Origin: a virus
IMG/VR virus record: IMGVR_UViG_3300028394_000001
Location: 106,521-170,520 of that record
Reading direction: 5' to 3' (one strand)
DNA length: 64,000 nucleotides
Positions 46,701 through 58,300 of the stretch are shown here, piece by piece. A model generated the notes under the pieces. It made no database searches, was not told the DNA's origin, and worked only from the letters and a program-made list of their open reading frames with translations. The stretch's first letter is position 1; each line of letters starts with the position of its first letter. Made by a program: the position numbers and the translations under genes.

Positions 46701-48893
46701 GTAACAGCTAACAGCTTAACAGTATACACTTTCTCAAATGCAACAGCATCTTCTTCAAACACAACTGGTGCTGTTGTTATTGCAGGCGGTCTTGGTGTAA
46801 GTGGCAGTGTGTATTCTGGTAATGTTGTTATTAGAGGTACTGGCAATGGTATCACCTTTACTGATGGTTCAGTTCAATTTACGGCAGGTTCACCTGCAGC
46901 ATCCGTATATGCTAATGCCGCTTTTGCTGCAGCTAATACAGGTACTTTAAATGCAGCATCAGCCAGTTCATATGCTAATTCAGGTTACCGTGATGCAAAT
47001 TCAGCCAGTACCTATGCCAACTCTGCATTTGCTGGAGCTAATACAAGTACTCTAAATGCGGCTTCTGCTAGTTCTTATGCTAATTCAGGATACCGTGATG
47101 CCAATTCAGCTAGTTCATATGCTAACTCTGCTTTTGCTGGAGCTAATACAAGTACTCTAAATGCGGCTTCTGCTAGTTCTTATGCTAACTCTGCATTTGG
47201 TATTGCTAATACATCCATTTTAAATGCTGCATCTGCTAGTTCCTATGCTAATGGTGCATTTGCTAGAGCTAATACAACTGGCCTTTACGCTAATGCTGCG
47301 TATGTACAAGCTAATACAGGTACATTAAATGCTGCATCTGCTAGTTCCTATGCTAACTCTGCATATGGTAAAGCAAATACTGCACTAACCACTGCGGGTG
47401 GTCAAATCATAGGTGATTTGGGTATTACTGGTAGTTTAACTGTTAATGGTCCATTAACTTACATAAATGTTGCAACATACCAAACAGTCGATTCTCTAAT
47501 TGAATTAGCTGCAAACAATTTAGGAGATGTGGTTGATATTGGTTTTTATGGCCAATATGTAAACTCAGGTACAAAATATACAGGACTAGTAAGAACAGCT
47601 TCGAGTGATTGGACTCTATTCCAAGGAATAACAACGAATCCAACAAGTAATAGCATTGGTGCTATATCGTTTGCAAATTATGGAACATTAAACACAAATA
47701 TTGCTGCAGGACAAATAACCAGTTCACAGGCAATTCCGGTTGCTTCCGGTGGTACTGGCGTCAAAACATCTACAGGATCAGGTTCAGTTGTATTGAGTGC
47801 TTCACCTTCATTAACATCACCTTCATTTACAGGCAACATTGGTGGTGATATTGGATTTAATGGCGTAGGGGTATCTCAGTGGAATCTTACTCTTGGTAAA
47901 ACAGTTACAGGTACGAACACGGGTGGTGGTATATTGGCGCAAGGAACCGCCGGTGGTGGTATGACTGGTTGGTATACAAGTTTCTATAGTAATATAAACA
48001 CCGCCGCCGGTTTACTTATGGATAACGCTTATCATTTCATAGCCGGAAGTGTAGCTGCAGGTGGTGGAAGTGTTGTATCTAATACTACGGGTTTATATAT
48101 TTCCGATTTGTCCACAGGAACAGTATCTAATCACGGTATTAAAGGACTTGTTTCAGCTGGCGCAGGTAAATATAATCTATATCTCTCAGGAACCGCAGAC
48201 AATTATTTACAAGGCAACGTAGCAATTGGTGGAACAACACCTGCGTCTGCTCCTAAATTGTCTTTATATGGCAGTATGCGATTCTTGACTAATCAAGCGC
48301 CATCTGCAACTTATACAGGTATTGGTTCTGTTAGAACTGATGAAGTTTCTATATCTACATCAGGCAACGAAAGATTTAGAATTACCTCTACCGGCGCAGT
48401 ATATTTTGGAACAAATGGAAATGGTAGTGGAAGTGTTAATCCTGATAATATATTCCAAAGTGATTTAACGAACACGGTCCAGAATGCAACTTCAGGTATA
48501 TTTCATCGAATAAACGGAGCAGATAGGCTCGTTACAGCTAATGCAGGTGTAACTGCTACAGGTGTCCTAACAGCTACAGGTAACGTCGTTGCATTCTCTG
48601 ACATAAAGCTTAAAACAAATATAACAAATATTGATAATGCATTGCAAAAAACTTTACAATTGCGTGGTGTTTATTACAACAAAAAAGACGATATTGAAAC
48701 GAAAAAGGTCGGTGTAATTGCACAAGAAGTTTTAGAAGTATTGCCTGAAGTTGTAATGTCACATGTGGATCAGACAACGAAAGAAGAAACACTAACTGTT
48801 GACTATGGTAATATAGTAGGATTGTTAATCGAGGCTATTAAAGAATTGAACGAAGAAGTTCAATACTTAAAATCAAAAATACCAAACCAATAA
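43722..48893 (+). CDS. long tail fibre with C-terminal intramolecular chaperone (peptidase S74)
   Basis: NTF.DW...TN N-terminus; 22-aa and 14-aa repeats; C-terminal SDIKLKTNI..I.NAL.....LRGVYY...GVIAQEV..VLPEVV...VDYG.IVGLLIEAIKEL. Confidence 0.87.
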   Translation: MANTVNILGYANTFGDWIVATNAGSNEINSIGKYDWTKDSGTLTLNGTGTALTVANNVIVAGQLLVTGTASSATIDNNLTVGKQVYFTNTTQSLVASGSVTANGTVYASNTGTSLAVANNTTIGGSLTVGGVTLISNTLTVTKSTVLQNTLSVGKDTIITGNLNATLETYTNLLVSNTAIRAAVLSVLGTTYTNTLQANTNILTGVIQSNTSVNTATLSVTGTSFTDKLQSNTAVNTATISVTGASFTNTLQANTAVNTATSSVTGASFTNTLQANTAVNTATLSVTNISYTDKLQANAVVNTATSSVTGISYTDKLQSNTAVNTATISVTGASFTNTLQSNTAVNTATSSVTGISHTDRLQANSSVNTATISVTNISHTDRLQANSSVNTATLSVTNISHIDKVQANSVVNTATLSVTNIAYTDKLQANSVVNTATLSVTGVSYTNTLQANTNVLTGVIQSNTAVNTATISVTNISHTDRLQANSSVNTAILSVTNISHIDKVQANSVVNTATLSVTNISFTDKLQANSVVNTATLSVTNIAYTDKLQANSVVNTATLSVVGNTWTNRVQANASVNTATLSVVGNTWTNALQANATVNTVTMSVVGTSYTGYLQSNNTVNTTTISATGNTYTSYLIANNDISVSKLYVTSTLLSATNAVGAFQSLTTSAGLTVGGTFTINGTTVYTTNNFVINANTYTPITSYFSVNRGTANNQPTGIPNANASIRWNESNKYWDILDSNNGIYYSQIMTANMISDSATSTSISTVPTSKISTAIYAHANAAFEQANVAIPASSYANSAYLQANSAYVSQNTTGQYANSAYGVSNSASSYANSAYRGANSASSYANSAFITANNALANVGSMVTSNSSTMYTFANNSASTSNVTGSVVIAGGLGVGGSVYTGNVVIRGSGNGITFVDGSVQFTAGSPAASVYANAGFAQANTGTLNAASASSYANGAFLVANTGTLNAAAGSSYANSAYGVANNALANTGTSVTANSLTVYTFSNATASSSNTTGAVVIAGGLGVSGSVYSGNVVIRGTGNGITFTDGSVQFTAGSPAASVYANAAFAAANTGTLNAASASSYANSGYRDANSASTYANSAFAGANTSTLNAASASSYANSGYRDANSASSYANSAFAGANTSTLNAASASSYANSAFGIANTSILNAASASSYANGAFARANTTGLYANAAYVQANTGTLNAASASSYANSAYGKANTALTTAGGQIIGDLGITGSLTVNGPLTYINVATYQTVDSLIELAANNLGDVVDIGFYGQYVNSGTKYTGLVRTASSDWTLFQGITTNPTSNSIGAISFANYGTLNTNIAAGQITSSQAIPVASGGTGVKTSTGSGSVVLSASPSLTSPSFTGNIGGDIGFNGVGVSQWNLTLGKTVTGTNTGGGILAQGTAGGGMTGWYTSFYSNINTAAGLLMDNAYHFIAGSVAAGGGSVVSNTTGLYISDLSTGTVSNHGIKGLVSAGAGKYNLYLSGTADNYLQGNVAIGGTTPASAPKLSLYGSMRFLTNQAPSATYTGIGSVRTDEVSISTSGNERFRITSTGAVYFGTNGNGSGSVNPDNIFQSDLTNTVQNATSGIFHRINGADRLVTANAGVTATGVLTATGNVVAFSDIKLKTNITNIDNALQKTLQLRGVYYNKKDDIETKKVGVIAQEVLEVLPEVVMSHVDQTTKEETLTVDYGNIVGLLIEAIKELNEEVQYLKSKIPNQ
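44230..45620 (+). repeat. about 20 tandem 66-bp (22-aa) coding repeats
   Basis: Unit approximately ISYTDKLQANSVVNTATLSVTN, with occasional extra 11-aa half units. Confidence 0.9.
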
Positions 48894-48933
48894 ACATAAA
48901 TATGGTTAACGAATCAAATAAAAGGTACACAAA

Positions 48934-49302
48934 ATGGCCGCAGGATATTCAGACCAATACATGGAACAAGGGTCATCCTTTAATGCCCGTCTGGCGTTAA
49001 CAGATGATTCTGGAGTTCCATATGACTTAACAACCTTCACTATAAATTCCAGAGCAAAGAAATCTTACACAACAGCTAATGTTGCTTTCACTTTTACTGC
49101 ACAAATCAGTACGGAAGAAGAAGGTGTAATATTCCTCTCGTTGCCTGCAGCAAATACTGCAAATGTACCTTATGGAAAATACGTCTACGATGTAAATATT
49201 AAAGATTCAGTAACTAATTTGGTAACTCGCGTATTGGAAGGACAAATATATGTTTCTCCTGGTGTGACCGGAGTAATTAATTCCAATGGTCCTAACGCAT
49301 AA
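48934..49302 (+). CDS. conserved virion protein (fibre attachment / BppU-like)
   Basis: EQG..F...L...D..G...DLT, G.I.LSL.A..TA....G.YVYDV.I......VTRVLEG.I.VSPGVT. Confidence 0.7.
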   Translation: MAAGYSDQYMEQGSSFNARLALTDDSGVPYDLTTFTINSRAKKSYTTANVAFTFTAQISTEEEGVIFLSLPAANTANVPYGKYVYDVNIKDSVTNLVTRVLEGQIYVSPGVTGVINSNGPNA

Positions 49303-52300
49303 TGGCAACTATAGTAAATCCAGTAAATCAGATTAGTGTACGAGTTGGTCCAGGTTCTCCTGCGGCCGTGCAATCAATTACGCAATTCACAGGACCAACT
49401 CAAACGTCCAATATTGCAAATCTGCAAATTCAAATTACCACTAATGAAGTGGTTGCCAGAGTTTCTTCAAATACGGTGGGGATGTTCGCTAATGCGGCCT
49501 TCAGATTAGCAAATACAATTGCGAATGGAGGTGTTGATGTATTTGCAAGAGAAAATTCAAACAATGCATTATCCGCAGTAATAACAACTGGATCATACGC
49601 CAATTCAGCTTTTGCTTTAGCTAATTCATTGATAGTATCTGTAACAGATACAGAAGCTAGAGCGAACGCAAATCTTGCTTTTGCTCGAGCAAATGCTTCA
49701 TACAATCTAGCTAATATTGTATTTGCACAAGCTAATACTGCATACACACAGGCTAATGCTGCGTTTGCACAAGCTAACAATGTAATACCAGCAGCTTCTT
49801 ATGCCAACGGTGCTTTCGCTAGGTCCAATACAGCATTCAATTTAGCTGGTACTAAATTGAGTAAAAATGGCGATACAATGCTTGGTGATTTGGTTATAAC
49901 TGGTAATATTATTCCATCAACAGCCAATACTTATTTCTTGGGATCTAAATTAAAACCATTCAAATCATTGTTTGTTGGTCCAGGGTCTGTTGACATTGAC
50001 GGTATTATTTTGAGTAATTCAGGTGGTAGTTTGATTATTACCTCAAACACAGGTGATTCTATTGACCTTACTTCGAGTGCCAATGGTTCCTTTTTACAAG
50101 CTAACGCAGCTTATGATTCACAAAATACAACTGGAGTATATGCGAATGCCGCGTATCTACATGCTAATTCGGCATATGTATCGCAGAATTCAACCGGTCA
50201 ATATGCTAACTCAGCATACATTCACGCCAATTCTTCTTATGTGTCTCAGAATTCAACGGGTCAATACACTAACTCAGCTTATATTCATGCCAATTCAGCA
50301 TATGTGTCACAGAATTCATCCGGTAATTATGCAAACTCAGCTTATTTTCAGGCCAACACAGCTTATGAATCACAGAATACAACAGGTCAATATGCAAATA
50401 CAGCATTTACTAAGGCCAATTCGGCATATGTATCACAGAATACAACAGGTGTATATGCAAATACAGCACATATTCACGCCAATGCATCTTACATAGCACA
50501 GAATACAACAGGCATATATGCAAACACAGCATTTACTCAGGCCAATGCGGCTTTCGCAGCAGCTAATGGAGGTGCTAGTGTAATTGTTGCAGGATCATAT
50601 GCAAACTCAGCTTATCTGCAAGCGAATGCATCTTTTATTCGTGCAAATAATTCACTGAATGTACAAACAGGTGGTACAATTACAGGTGACATAACAGTTA
50701 CTGGAAATTTGTTCATCAATGGCACAACAACAACAGTTAACACAACGGTTGTGCAAACAACAGATTCATTAATTAAATTAGCAAACAATAATGTCCTTAG
50801 TGATACCTTGGACATAGGTTTTTATGGTAGTTCATTGACAGCTGGATCAGCTGTACCAACTTATCATGGATTAGTTCGCCAAGCTGGTTCCAATAATTTC
50901 TTGTTGTTTAGGGATATAACACAGGACCCATCATCGAATATACTTTCTCCTGGATCAGCAACTGTTTCAAATGTTGGAACACTTATAGCAAATGTTGCCG
51001 GTTATACAATAACTAGTTATGGTACAGATTTATTAAAGTTTTCAAGTTCATCTTATATTCAAGCTAATGCAGCTTTTGATGCAGCTAATTCTGGTAGTGG
51101 TGTAGTTGCTGCTGGATCATATGCCAATTCAGCATACGGTGCCGCAAATTCAGCCAGTTCTTATGCCAATTCAGCATATACACATGCCAATTCGGCTTAT
51201 GTATCACAGAATACAACAGGTCAATATGCCAATTCATCATATACACATGCCAATTCAGCGTACGGTGCGGCTAACTTAGTTGGTTCATATGCCAATTCAG
51301 CTTACATACAAGCCAATTCAGCATACGACACCGCGAACTCAGCAGGTTCATATGCAAACTCAGGTTACATACAAGCTAATTCAGCATACGGCGCAGCTAA
51401 CTTAGTTGGTTCATATGCCAATTCAGCTTACGGTACTGCAAATTCAGCAGGTTCATATGCTAACTCAGCTTACATACAAGCCAATTCGGCCTATGTATCA
51501 CAGAATTCAACCGGTCAATATGCTAACTCAGCATACGGTACTGCAAATTCAGCCAGTTCATATGCCAATGGTTCTTTCATAACAGCAAACACATCTAGTT
51601 TATATGCAAACTCAGCATATGTTCACGCCAATTCATCATATGATAGTGCCAATTCAGCCAGTTCCTATGCTAATGGTGCATTTACTGGATCTAATACGGC
51701 AAGTTCCTATGCTAATGGTGCTTTTGCTGGTGCTAATACAGGTATTTTAAATGCTGCTTCAGCTAGTTCCTATGCTAATTCAGGTTACCGTGATGCTAAT
51801 TCAGCTAGTTCTTATGCAAATTCGGCATATTTTCACACTAATTCAGCTTTTATTATAGCAAATTCAGCCAGTTCATATGCCAATGGTGCATTCACTGTAG
51901 CCAATACAGCCAGTTCTTATTCTAATAGTGCTTTTGTTCAAGCAAATGCAGCGTTCGAAATGGCTAACACATCGGCTAATACTACGGCGTCCGTAGCCTC
52001 CGTTGCTTCATATGCTAATGGTGCATTTGGTGCTGCGAATAATGCTAGTTCTTATGCCAATGGTGCTTTCGTATTAGCATTTTCAGCTTTATCTGTTGGC
52101 AATTCAGCGAGTATTTATGCTAATGCTGCTTTCGATGCAACAAATACATCCAGTTCCAATGCAGCATCAGCTAGCTTTTATTCTAATACTGCTTACATAC
52201 AAGCCAATGCAGCATATAGCACAGCCAACTCAGCTAGTTCTTATGCCAATGGTGCATTTGCTGGTGCTAATACGGCCAGTTCTTATGCTAACTCCGCTAG

Positions 52301-54962
52301 TTACTATGCAAACTCCGCTTATGTACATGCCAATGCGGCTTTCGCAGCAGCTAATGCAGGTGTTGGTGTAATTATTGCAGGATCATATGCTAACTCAGCT
52401 TACATACAAGCCAATGCATCTTATGGTGCAGTTAACTCAGTAAGTTCATATGCTAATAGTGCTTTTGCTGGTGCTAATGTATCCAGTTTGTATGCAAACT
52501 CAGCCTACATTAATTCAAACACCAAAGTAAGTAAATCCGGTGATACAATGATTGGATCATTGATACTTTCTGGTGTGGGTAGTGATGTAAAATTTACTGG
52601 TGGTGCTGCATTAGTAGGAAATGAAGCTAACAATTTAATAAAAATTACAGCAAATGCCAATAATGATATAACTGGTGTTGCTGCTCAGAGCGGTGATGGA
52701 GGCCTTGCACAAGTATATTCCAATGGTCGTGTAGAGATAATTACAGATACGGGTGCGGCAGGTGCTCTTTGGACTTTTGCTAAAGATGGTTCATTAACAT
52801 TACCGGGAATAATAGGACAAGTTGGACGTAGTGGTTATACTAACGGATTAGATTTATATAATGGTGAAGCTGGTGTTGGGTATGTACGATTAAACAATGC
52901 CGACCAATCTTTTGTATGGGTTGATCCATCTGGCGCACATATTCAAACTACCGGCGGTACATGGAACTTTGATGCAAATGGCAATATAACATTCCCAGAT
53001 AGTACAATACAAGCTACCGGTTTTAGAGGTTATGGTATTGATAATGTTGCACGTTATTCAGCAAACTCATCAGGTTCATATGCTAATGGTGCTTTTGCTG
53101 CATCGAATACGGCTAGTTCATATGCCAATTCATCGTATGTTCAAGCTAATGCAGCATATGGTACTGCAAATTCAGCAAGTTCATATGCTAATGGTGCTTT
53201 TGCTGCATCGAATACGGCTAGTTCCAATGCATCTTCAGCAAGTTCATATGCTAATGGTGCATTTGAAGCTGCAAATACTGGTTCTGGTGTAGCATCAGCT
53301 GGTTCTTTTGCCAACTCAGCTTATGGTGTAGCTAATTCATCCAGTTCATATGCTAATGGTGCTTATGTTACTGCCAATTCATCTAGTTCATATGCAAATG
53401 GTGCTTTTGCACAATCTAATTTATCTTTCAATTCGGCTAATAGTGCTTCTAATTATGCTAATGCATCTTTCATTCGGGCAAATAATTCACTAAATGTACA
53501 ATCAGGTGGTACAATTACAGGTGATGTGACTGTAACGGGTAATCTTTTCATTAATGGAACAACTACCTCCGTAAATACAACGGTCATACAAACAACAGAT
53601 TCGTTAATCAAGTTAGCTAATAACAACTTATACAGTGATACTTTAGATATAGGGTTCTATGGTACCTCATTAACAACTGGTTCTGGTGTACCAACTTATC
53701 ATGGTCTTGTGAGGCAAGCTGGTTCCAATAATTTCTTGTTGTTTAGGGATATAACACAGGACCCATCATCGAATGTAATGCCGGCAGGATCGGCAAGTGT
53801 ATCCAATGTTGGCACACTTATAGCAAATGTTGCCGGTTATAAGATAACCAGTTATGGTACCGACTTGTTACAATTTGCTAATGCAGCCTTTATGCAAGCT
53901 AATGCTGCGTTTGATTCATCCAATTCTGGTACCGGTGTATTATCAACTGGATCTTATGCCAATTCAGCTTTTCTACACGCTAATGCATCTTATATCACTG
54001 CCAATTCAGCCAGTTCATATGCTAATGGTGCTTTTGCTGGTGCCAATTCAGCCAGTTCGTATGCCAATGGTGCTTTCACTGGAGCTAATACAGCCAGTTC
54101 CAATGCTGCATCATCAAGTTCGTATGCTAATAGTGCTTTTGGTATTGCAAACTCATCTAGTTCATATGCCAACTCAGCATTCTTAACAGCTAATACGGCC
54201 AGTTTGAATTCGGATTCAGCAAGTTCATATGCCAATGGTGCATTCTTAGCAGCTAATACGGCCAGTTCCAACGCAGCATCAGCAAGTTCATATGCTAACT
54301 CTGCATTTGCTGGAGCTAATACAGCCAGTTCCAATGCTGCTTCAGCAAGTTCGTATGCTAACTCATCCTATGGTTCCGCAAATTCAGCAAGTTCATATGC
54401 CAACTCTGCATTTGCTGGAGCTAATACAGCCAGTTCCAATGCTGCTTCAGCAAGTTCATATGCTAACTCTGCCTACATTCAAGCTAATGCATCTTATGGT
54501 GTATCCAATTCAGCCAGTTCATATGCTAATGGTGCATTTTCTGTAGCAAATACAGCAATACCAGCAGGTTCATATGCTAATGGTGCTTTTACTGGAGCTA
54601 ATACGGCAAGTTCTAATGCTGCTTCAGCCAGTTCTTATGCTAACTCTGGATTTGTAGCAGCTAATACGGCCAGTTCCAACGCAGCATCAGCCAGTTCTTA
54701 TGCTAATTCTGCATTTTTAATAGCTAATACATCTAGTTCCAATGCATCATCAGTAAGTTCTTATGCTAACTCTGCATTTGCTGGAGCTAATACGGCCAGT
54801 TCTAATGCTGCTTCAGCCAGTTCATATGCTAATGGCGCATTCTTAACAGCCAATACAGGTACTTTAAATGCTGCTTCATCTAGTTCATACGCTAATGGTG
54901 CATTTTTGCGAGCTAACACTGCAATATCCGATGCATTAGCATATTCTATAGCTTTAGGTTAA
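49302..54962 (+). CDS. repetitive tail fibre protein (SYAN coiled-coil repeats)
   Basis: 1886 aa. Dozens of 14/21-aa ASSYAN(S/G)A(F/Y)xxAN repeats, two copies of a ~140-aa beta domain, KxGDTM.G.L motifs, ends ALAYSIALG. Confidence 0.8.
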   Translation: MATIVNPVNQISVRVGPGSPAAVQSITQFTGPTQTSNIANLQIQITTNEVVARVSSNTVGMFANAAFRLANTIANGGVDVFARENSNNALSAVITTGSYANSAFALANSLIVSVTDTEARANANLAFARANASYNLANIVFAQANTAYTQANAAFAQANNVIPAASYANGAFARSNTAFNLAGTKLSKNGDTMLGDLVITGNIIPSTANTYFLGSKLKPFKSLFVGPGSVDIDGIILSNSGGSLIITSNTGDSIDLTSSANGSFLQANAAYDSQNTTGVYANAAYLHANSAYVSQNSTGQYANSAYIHANSSYVSQNSTGQYTNSAYIHANSAYVSQNSSGNYANSAYFQANTAYESQNTTGQYANTAFTKANSAYVSQNTTGVYANTAHIHANASYIAQNTTGIYANTAFTQANAAFAAANGGASVIVAGSYANSAYLQANASFIRANNSLNVQTGGTITGDITVTGNLFINGTTTTVNTTVVQTTDSLIKLANNNVLSDTLDIGFYGSSLTAGSAVPTYHGLVRQAGSNNFLLFRDITQDPSSNILSPGSATVSNVGTLIANVAGYTITSYGTDLLKFSSSSYIQANAAFDAANSGSGVVAAGSYANSAYGAANSASSYANSAYTHANSAYVSQNTTGQYANSSYTHANSAYGAANLVGSYANSAYIQANSAYDTANSAGSYANSGYIQANSAYGAANLVGSYANSAYGTANSAGSYANSAYIQANSAYVSQNSTGQYANSAYGTANSASSYANGSFITANTSSLYANSAYVHANSSYDSANSASSYANGAFTGSNTASSYANGAFAGANTGILNAASASSYANSGYRDANSASSYANSAYFHTNSAFIIANSASSYANGAFTVANTASSYSNSAFVQANAAFEMANTSANTTASVASVASYANGAFGAANNASSYANGAFVLAFSALSVGNSASIYANAAFDATNTSSSNAASASFYSNTAYIQANAAYSTANSASSYANGAFAGANTASSYANSASYYANSAYVHANAAFAAANAGVGVIIAGSYANSAYIQANASYGAVNSVSSYANSAFAGANVSSLYANSAYINSNTKVSKSGDTMIGSLILSGVGSDVKFTGGAALVGNEANNLIKITANANNDITGVAAQSGDGGLAQVYSNGRVEIITDTGAAGALWTFAKDGSLTLPGIIGQVGRSGYTNGLDLYNGEAGVGYVRLNNADQSFVWVDPSGAHIQTTGGTWNFDANGNITFPDSTIQATGFRGYGIDNVARYSANSSGSYANGAFAASNTASSYANSSYVQANAAYGTANSASSYANGAFAASNTASSNASSASSYANGAFEAANTGSGVASAGSFANSAYGVANSSSSYANGAYVTANSSSSYANGAFAQSNLSFNSANSASNYANASFIRANNSLNVQSGGTITGDVTVTGNLFINGTTTSVNTTVIQTTDSLIKLANNNLYSDTLDIGFYGTSLTTGSGVPTYHGLVRQAGSNNFLLFRDITQDPSSNVMPAGSASVSNVGTLIANVAGYKITSYGTDLLQFANAAFMQANAAFDSSNSGTGVLSTGSYANSAFLHANASYITANSASSYANGAFAGANSASSYANGAFTGANTASSNAASSSSYANSAFGIANSSSSYANSAFLTANTASLNSDSASSYANGAFLAANTASSNAASASSYANSAFAGANTASSNAASASSYANSSYGSANSASSYANSAFAGANTASSNAASASSYANSAYIQANASYGVSNSASSYANGAFSVANTAIPAGSYANGAFTGANTASSNAASASSYANSGFVAANTASSNAASASSYANSAFLIANTSSSNASSVSSYANSAFAGANTASSNAASASSYANGAFLTANTGTLNAASSSSYANGAFLRANTAISDALAYSIALG

Positions 54963-54992
54963 CACATAAATAAAAAATACTAGGAATTACAA

Positions 54993-55319
54993 ATGGCAAA
55001 CAATTTTAAAAACTATGCTCAATCAGCTGTAGGAATAAGTCCTACCACAATATATACAGCTGGCGCGGGTGTACAAACTACTGTTATTGGTTTTACAGTA
55101 TCTAATAATTTAGAAACTTCAATAACGGCAAATGTTATTGTGAACATAGGCGGTTCAAACTATTATATGGCTAGAAAAGTACCAATAGATCCAGGAAATT
55201 CTTTAGTTCCAATTGGGGGTGACCAAAAATTGGTACTAGAATCTGGAGATTATATTTCCGTTTCGACCAGTGATGCATCTTCATCAGATGTTATAATGAG
55301 TGCATTAGAAATAAGTTAA
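54993..55319 (+). CDS. small conserved virion protein
   Basis: MANNFKN...G....TIYT......T.VIG..V.N, KLVLESGD.I.V, DV.MS.LEI; ATAAATA upstream. Confidence 0.72.
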   Translation: MANNFKNYAQSAVGISPTTIYTAGAGVQTTVIGFTVSNNLETSITANVIVNIGGSNYYMARKVPIDPGNSLVPIGGDQKLVLESGDYISVSTSDASSSDVIMSALEIS

Positions 55320-55320
55320 A

Positions 55321-58300
55321 ATGACATATTCATACATTGGCAATCAAGAAAATAAAAATGTAAAAATAGTAGGAGGATATGCCAATTCAGCATATATCCA
55401 AGCTAATTCAGCACATGGAACAGCCAACTCAGCCAGTTCTTATGCTAATGGTGCCTTCATTGTATCCAACTCAGCCAGTTCTTATGCCAACTCTGCATTC
55501 ACACAAGCTAATACATCAATACCGGCTGGGTCATATGCTAATGGTGCTTTTGGCATTGCTAACTCAGCCAGTTCCTATGCTAATGGTGCATTTACTGGAT
55601 CTAATACGGCAAGTTCCTATGCTAATGGTGCTTTTGCTTCTTCCAATTCAGCCAGTTCCTATGCCAACTCAGCATATACAGTAGCTAATACAGCAATACC
55701 GGCTGGGTCATATGCTAATGGTGCTTTTGGCATTGCTAACTCAGCCAGTTCATATGCTAATGGTGCTTTTGATGGAGCTAATACGGCAAGTTCTTATGCT
55801 AATTCAGCTAGTTCATATGCTAATGGTGCATTTGTTTCTTCGAATACGGCCAGTTCTAATGCTGCTTCAGCTAGTTCTTATGCCAACTCCGCATATAATA
55901 TTGCTAATTCAGCTAGTTCCTATGCTAATGGTGCATTCTTAACAGCCAATACAGCCAGTTCTAATACAGTTTCAATTAGTTCCTATGCTAATGGTGCTTT
56001 TGGTATAGCTAACTCAGCCAGTTCATATGCCAATGGTGCTTTTGCTGTAGCCAACACAGCAATACCAGCTGGGTCATATGCTAATGGTGCTTTTGTTTCT
56101 TCAAATACGGCCATCACTAATGCAGGATCAGCCAGTTCATATGCTAATGGTGCATTCACACAAGCTAACACAGCAATACCAGCAGGTTCATATGCTAATG
56201 GTGCTTTTGTTTCTTCGAATACGGCCATCACTAATGCAGGATCAGCCAGTTCATATGCCAATGGTGCATTCACTGTAGCAAATACAGCAATACCAGCAGG
56301 TTCATATGCTAATGGTGCATTTGTGGCAGCTAATACGGCCATTACTAGTGTAGGATTAGCGAGTTTGTATGCTAATGGTGCTTTTGCTGGAGCTAATACA
56401 GCAAGTTCTTTTGCTAATGGTGCTTTTGGTATTGCTAATACGGCCAGTTCCAATACAGTTTCAATTAGTTCCTATGCCAACTCTGCTTTTGGTATAGCTA
56501 ATACAGCAACACCAGCAGGTTCTTATGCCAACTCAGCATTCTTAACAGCTAATACAGCCAGTTCCAATACAGTTTCAATCAGTTCTTATGCTAATGGTGC
56601 TTTTGATATATCTAATTCAGCTAGTTCATATGCCAACTCTGCATTCACTATAGCTAATACAGCAACACCAGCAGGTTCTTATGCTAATGGTGCTTTTGGT
56701 ATTGCTAATTCAGCCAGTTCCTATGCTAATGGTGCATTTGCTTCTTCCAATTCAGCCAGTTCCTATGCCAACTCGGCATTCTTAGTAGCTAATACAGCAA
56801 TACCAGCAGGTTCATATGCCAATTCTGCCTATGTGAGAGCAAATAATTCTTTAAATGTTCAATCTGGTGGTACAATTACAGGTGATGTTACAGTTACTGG
56901 AAATTTGTTTATTAATGGAACGACAATATCCGTAAATACAACGGTCATACAAACAACTGATTCATTAATTAAGTTAGCCAACAATAATGTTCTTAGTGAT
57001 ACTTTAGATATAGGTTTTTATGGTACTTCATTAACTGCCGGTTCAGCTGTACCAACTTATCACGGATTAGTTCGCCAAGCTGGTTCCAATAATTTCTTGT
57101 TGTTTAGAGATATAGCAGAAGACCCATCATCGAATATATTAAGTCCAGGTTCAGCCACAGAATCCAATGTTGGTACACTTATAGCAAATGTTGCTGGTTA
57201 CAAAATAACCAGTTACGGCACCGACTTGTTGCAATTTGCTAACGCAGCTTTCAACCAAGCTAATGTTGCGTTTGAATCATCTAACACATTTACAGGTGCT
57301 GCATATGCGCGGCGTCAAGCAAACGCTGCTTTTAGCCAAGCTAATGCAGCATATGGTACTGCAAATTCAGCAAGTTCATATGCTAATGGTGCTTTTGATG
57401 GAGCTAATACGGCCAGTTCTAATGCTGCTTCAGCCAGTTCCTATGCCAACTCTGCTTTTGGTATTGCTAATACAGCAATACCAGCAGGTTCATATGCCAA
57501 TGGTGCTTTTGCTGGTGCTAATACAGCCAGTTCTAATGCTGCATCAGCTAGTTCCTATGCCAACTCAGCATTCAATGTAGCTAATACAGCAACACCAGCA
57601 GGTTCTTATGCTAATGGTGCTTTTGCTGGTGCTAATACAGCCAGTTCCAATACAGTTTCAATTAGTTCCTATGCCAACTCTGCATTCGATGTAGCTAATA
57701 CAGCGATACCAGCAGGTTCATATGCCAATGGTGCTTTTGCTGGCGCTAACTCAGCCAGTTCTAATGCAGCAATAGCCAGTTCTAATGCTGCATCAGCTAG
57801 TTCCTATGCCAACTCAGCATTCAATGTAGCTAATACAGCAATACCAGCAAGTTCCTATGCCAACTCAGCATTCGCTATAGCTAATACAGCCAGTTCTAAT
57901 ACAGTTTCAATCAGTTCATATGCCAACTCTGCTTTTGGTATAGCTAATACAGCAATACCAGCAGGTTCCTATGCTAATGGTGCTTTTGCTGGTGCTAATA
58001 CAGCCAGTTCTAATGCAGCAATAGCCAGTTCCTATGCCAACTCCGCATTCGCTATAGCTAATACATCGATACCAGCAGGTTCATATGCTAATGGTGCATT
58101 CTTAACAGCCAATACAGCCAGTTCCAATACAGTTTCAATCAGTTCTTATGCTAATGGTGCTTTTGGTATTGCTAACTCAGCCAATTTTAATGCAGGATCA
58201 GCTAGTTCATATGCTAATTCTGCTTTTGCTGGAGCTAATACAGCCAGTTCCTATGCTGCATCATCCAGTTCATATGCCAACTCAGCTTTTGGTATAGCTA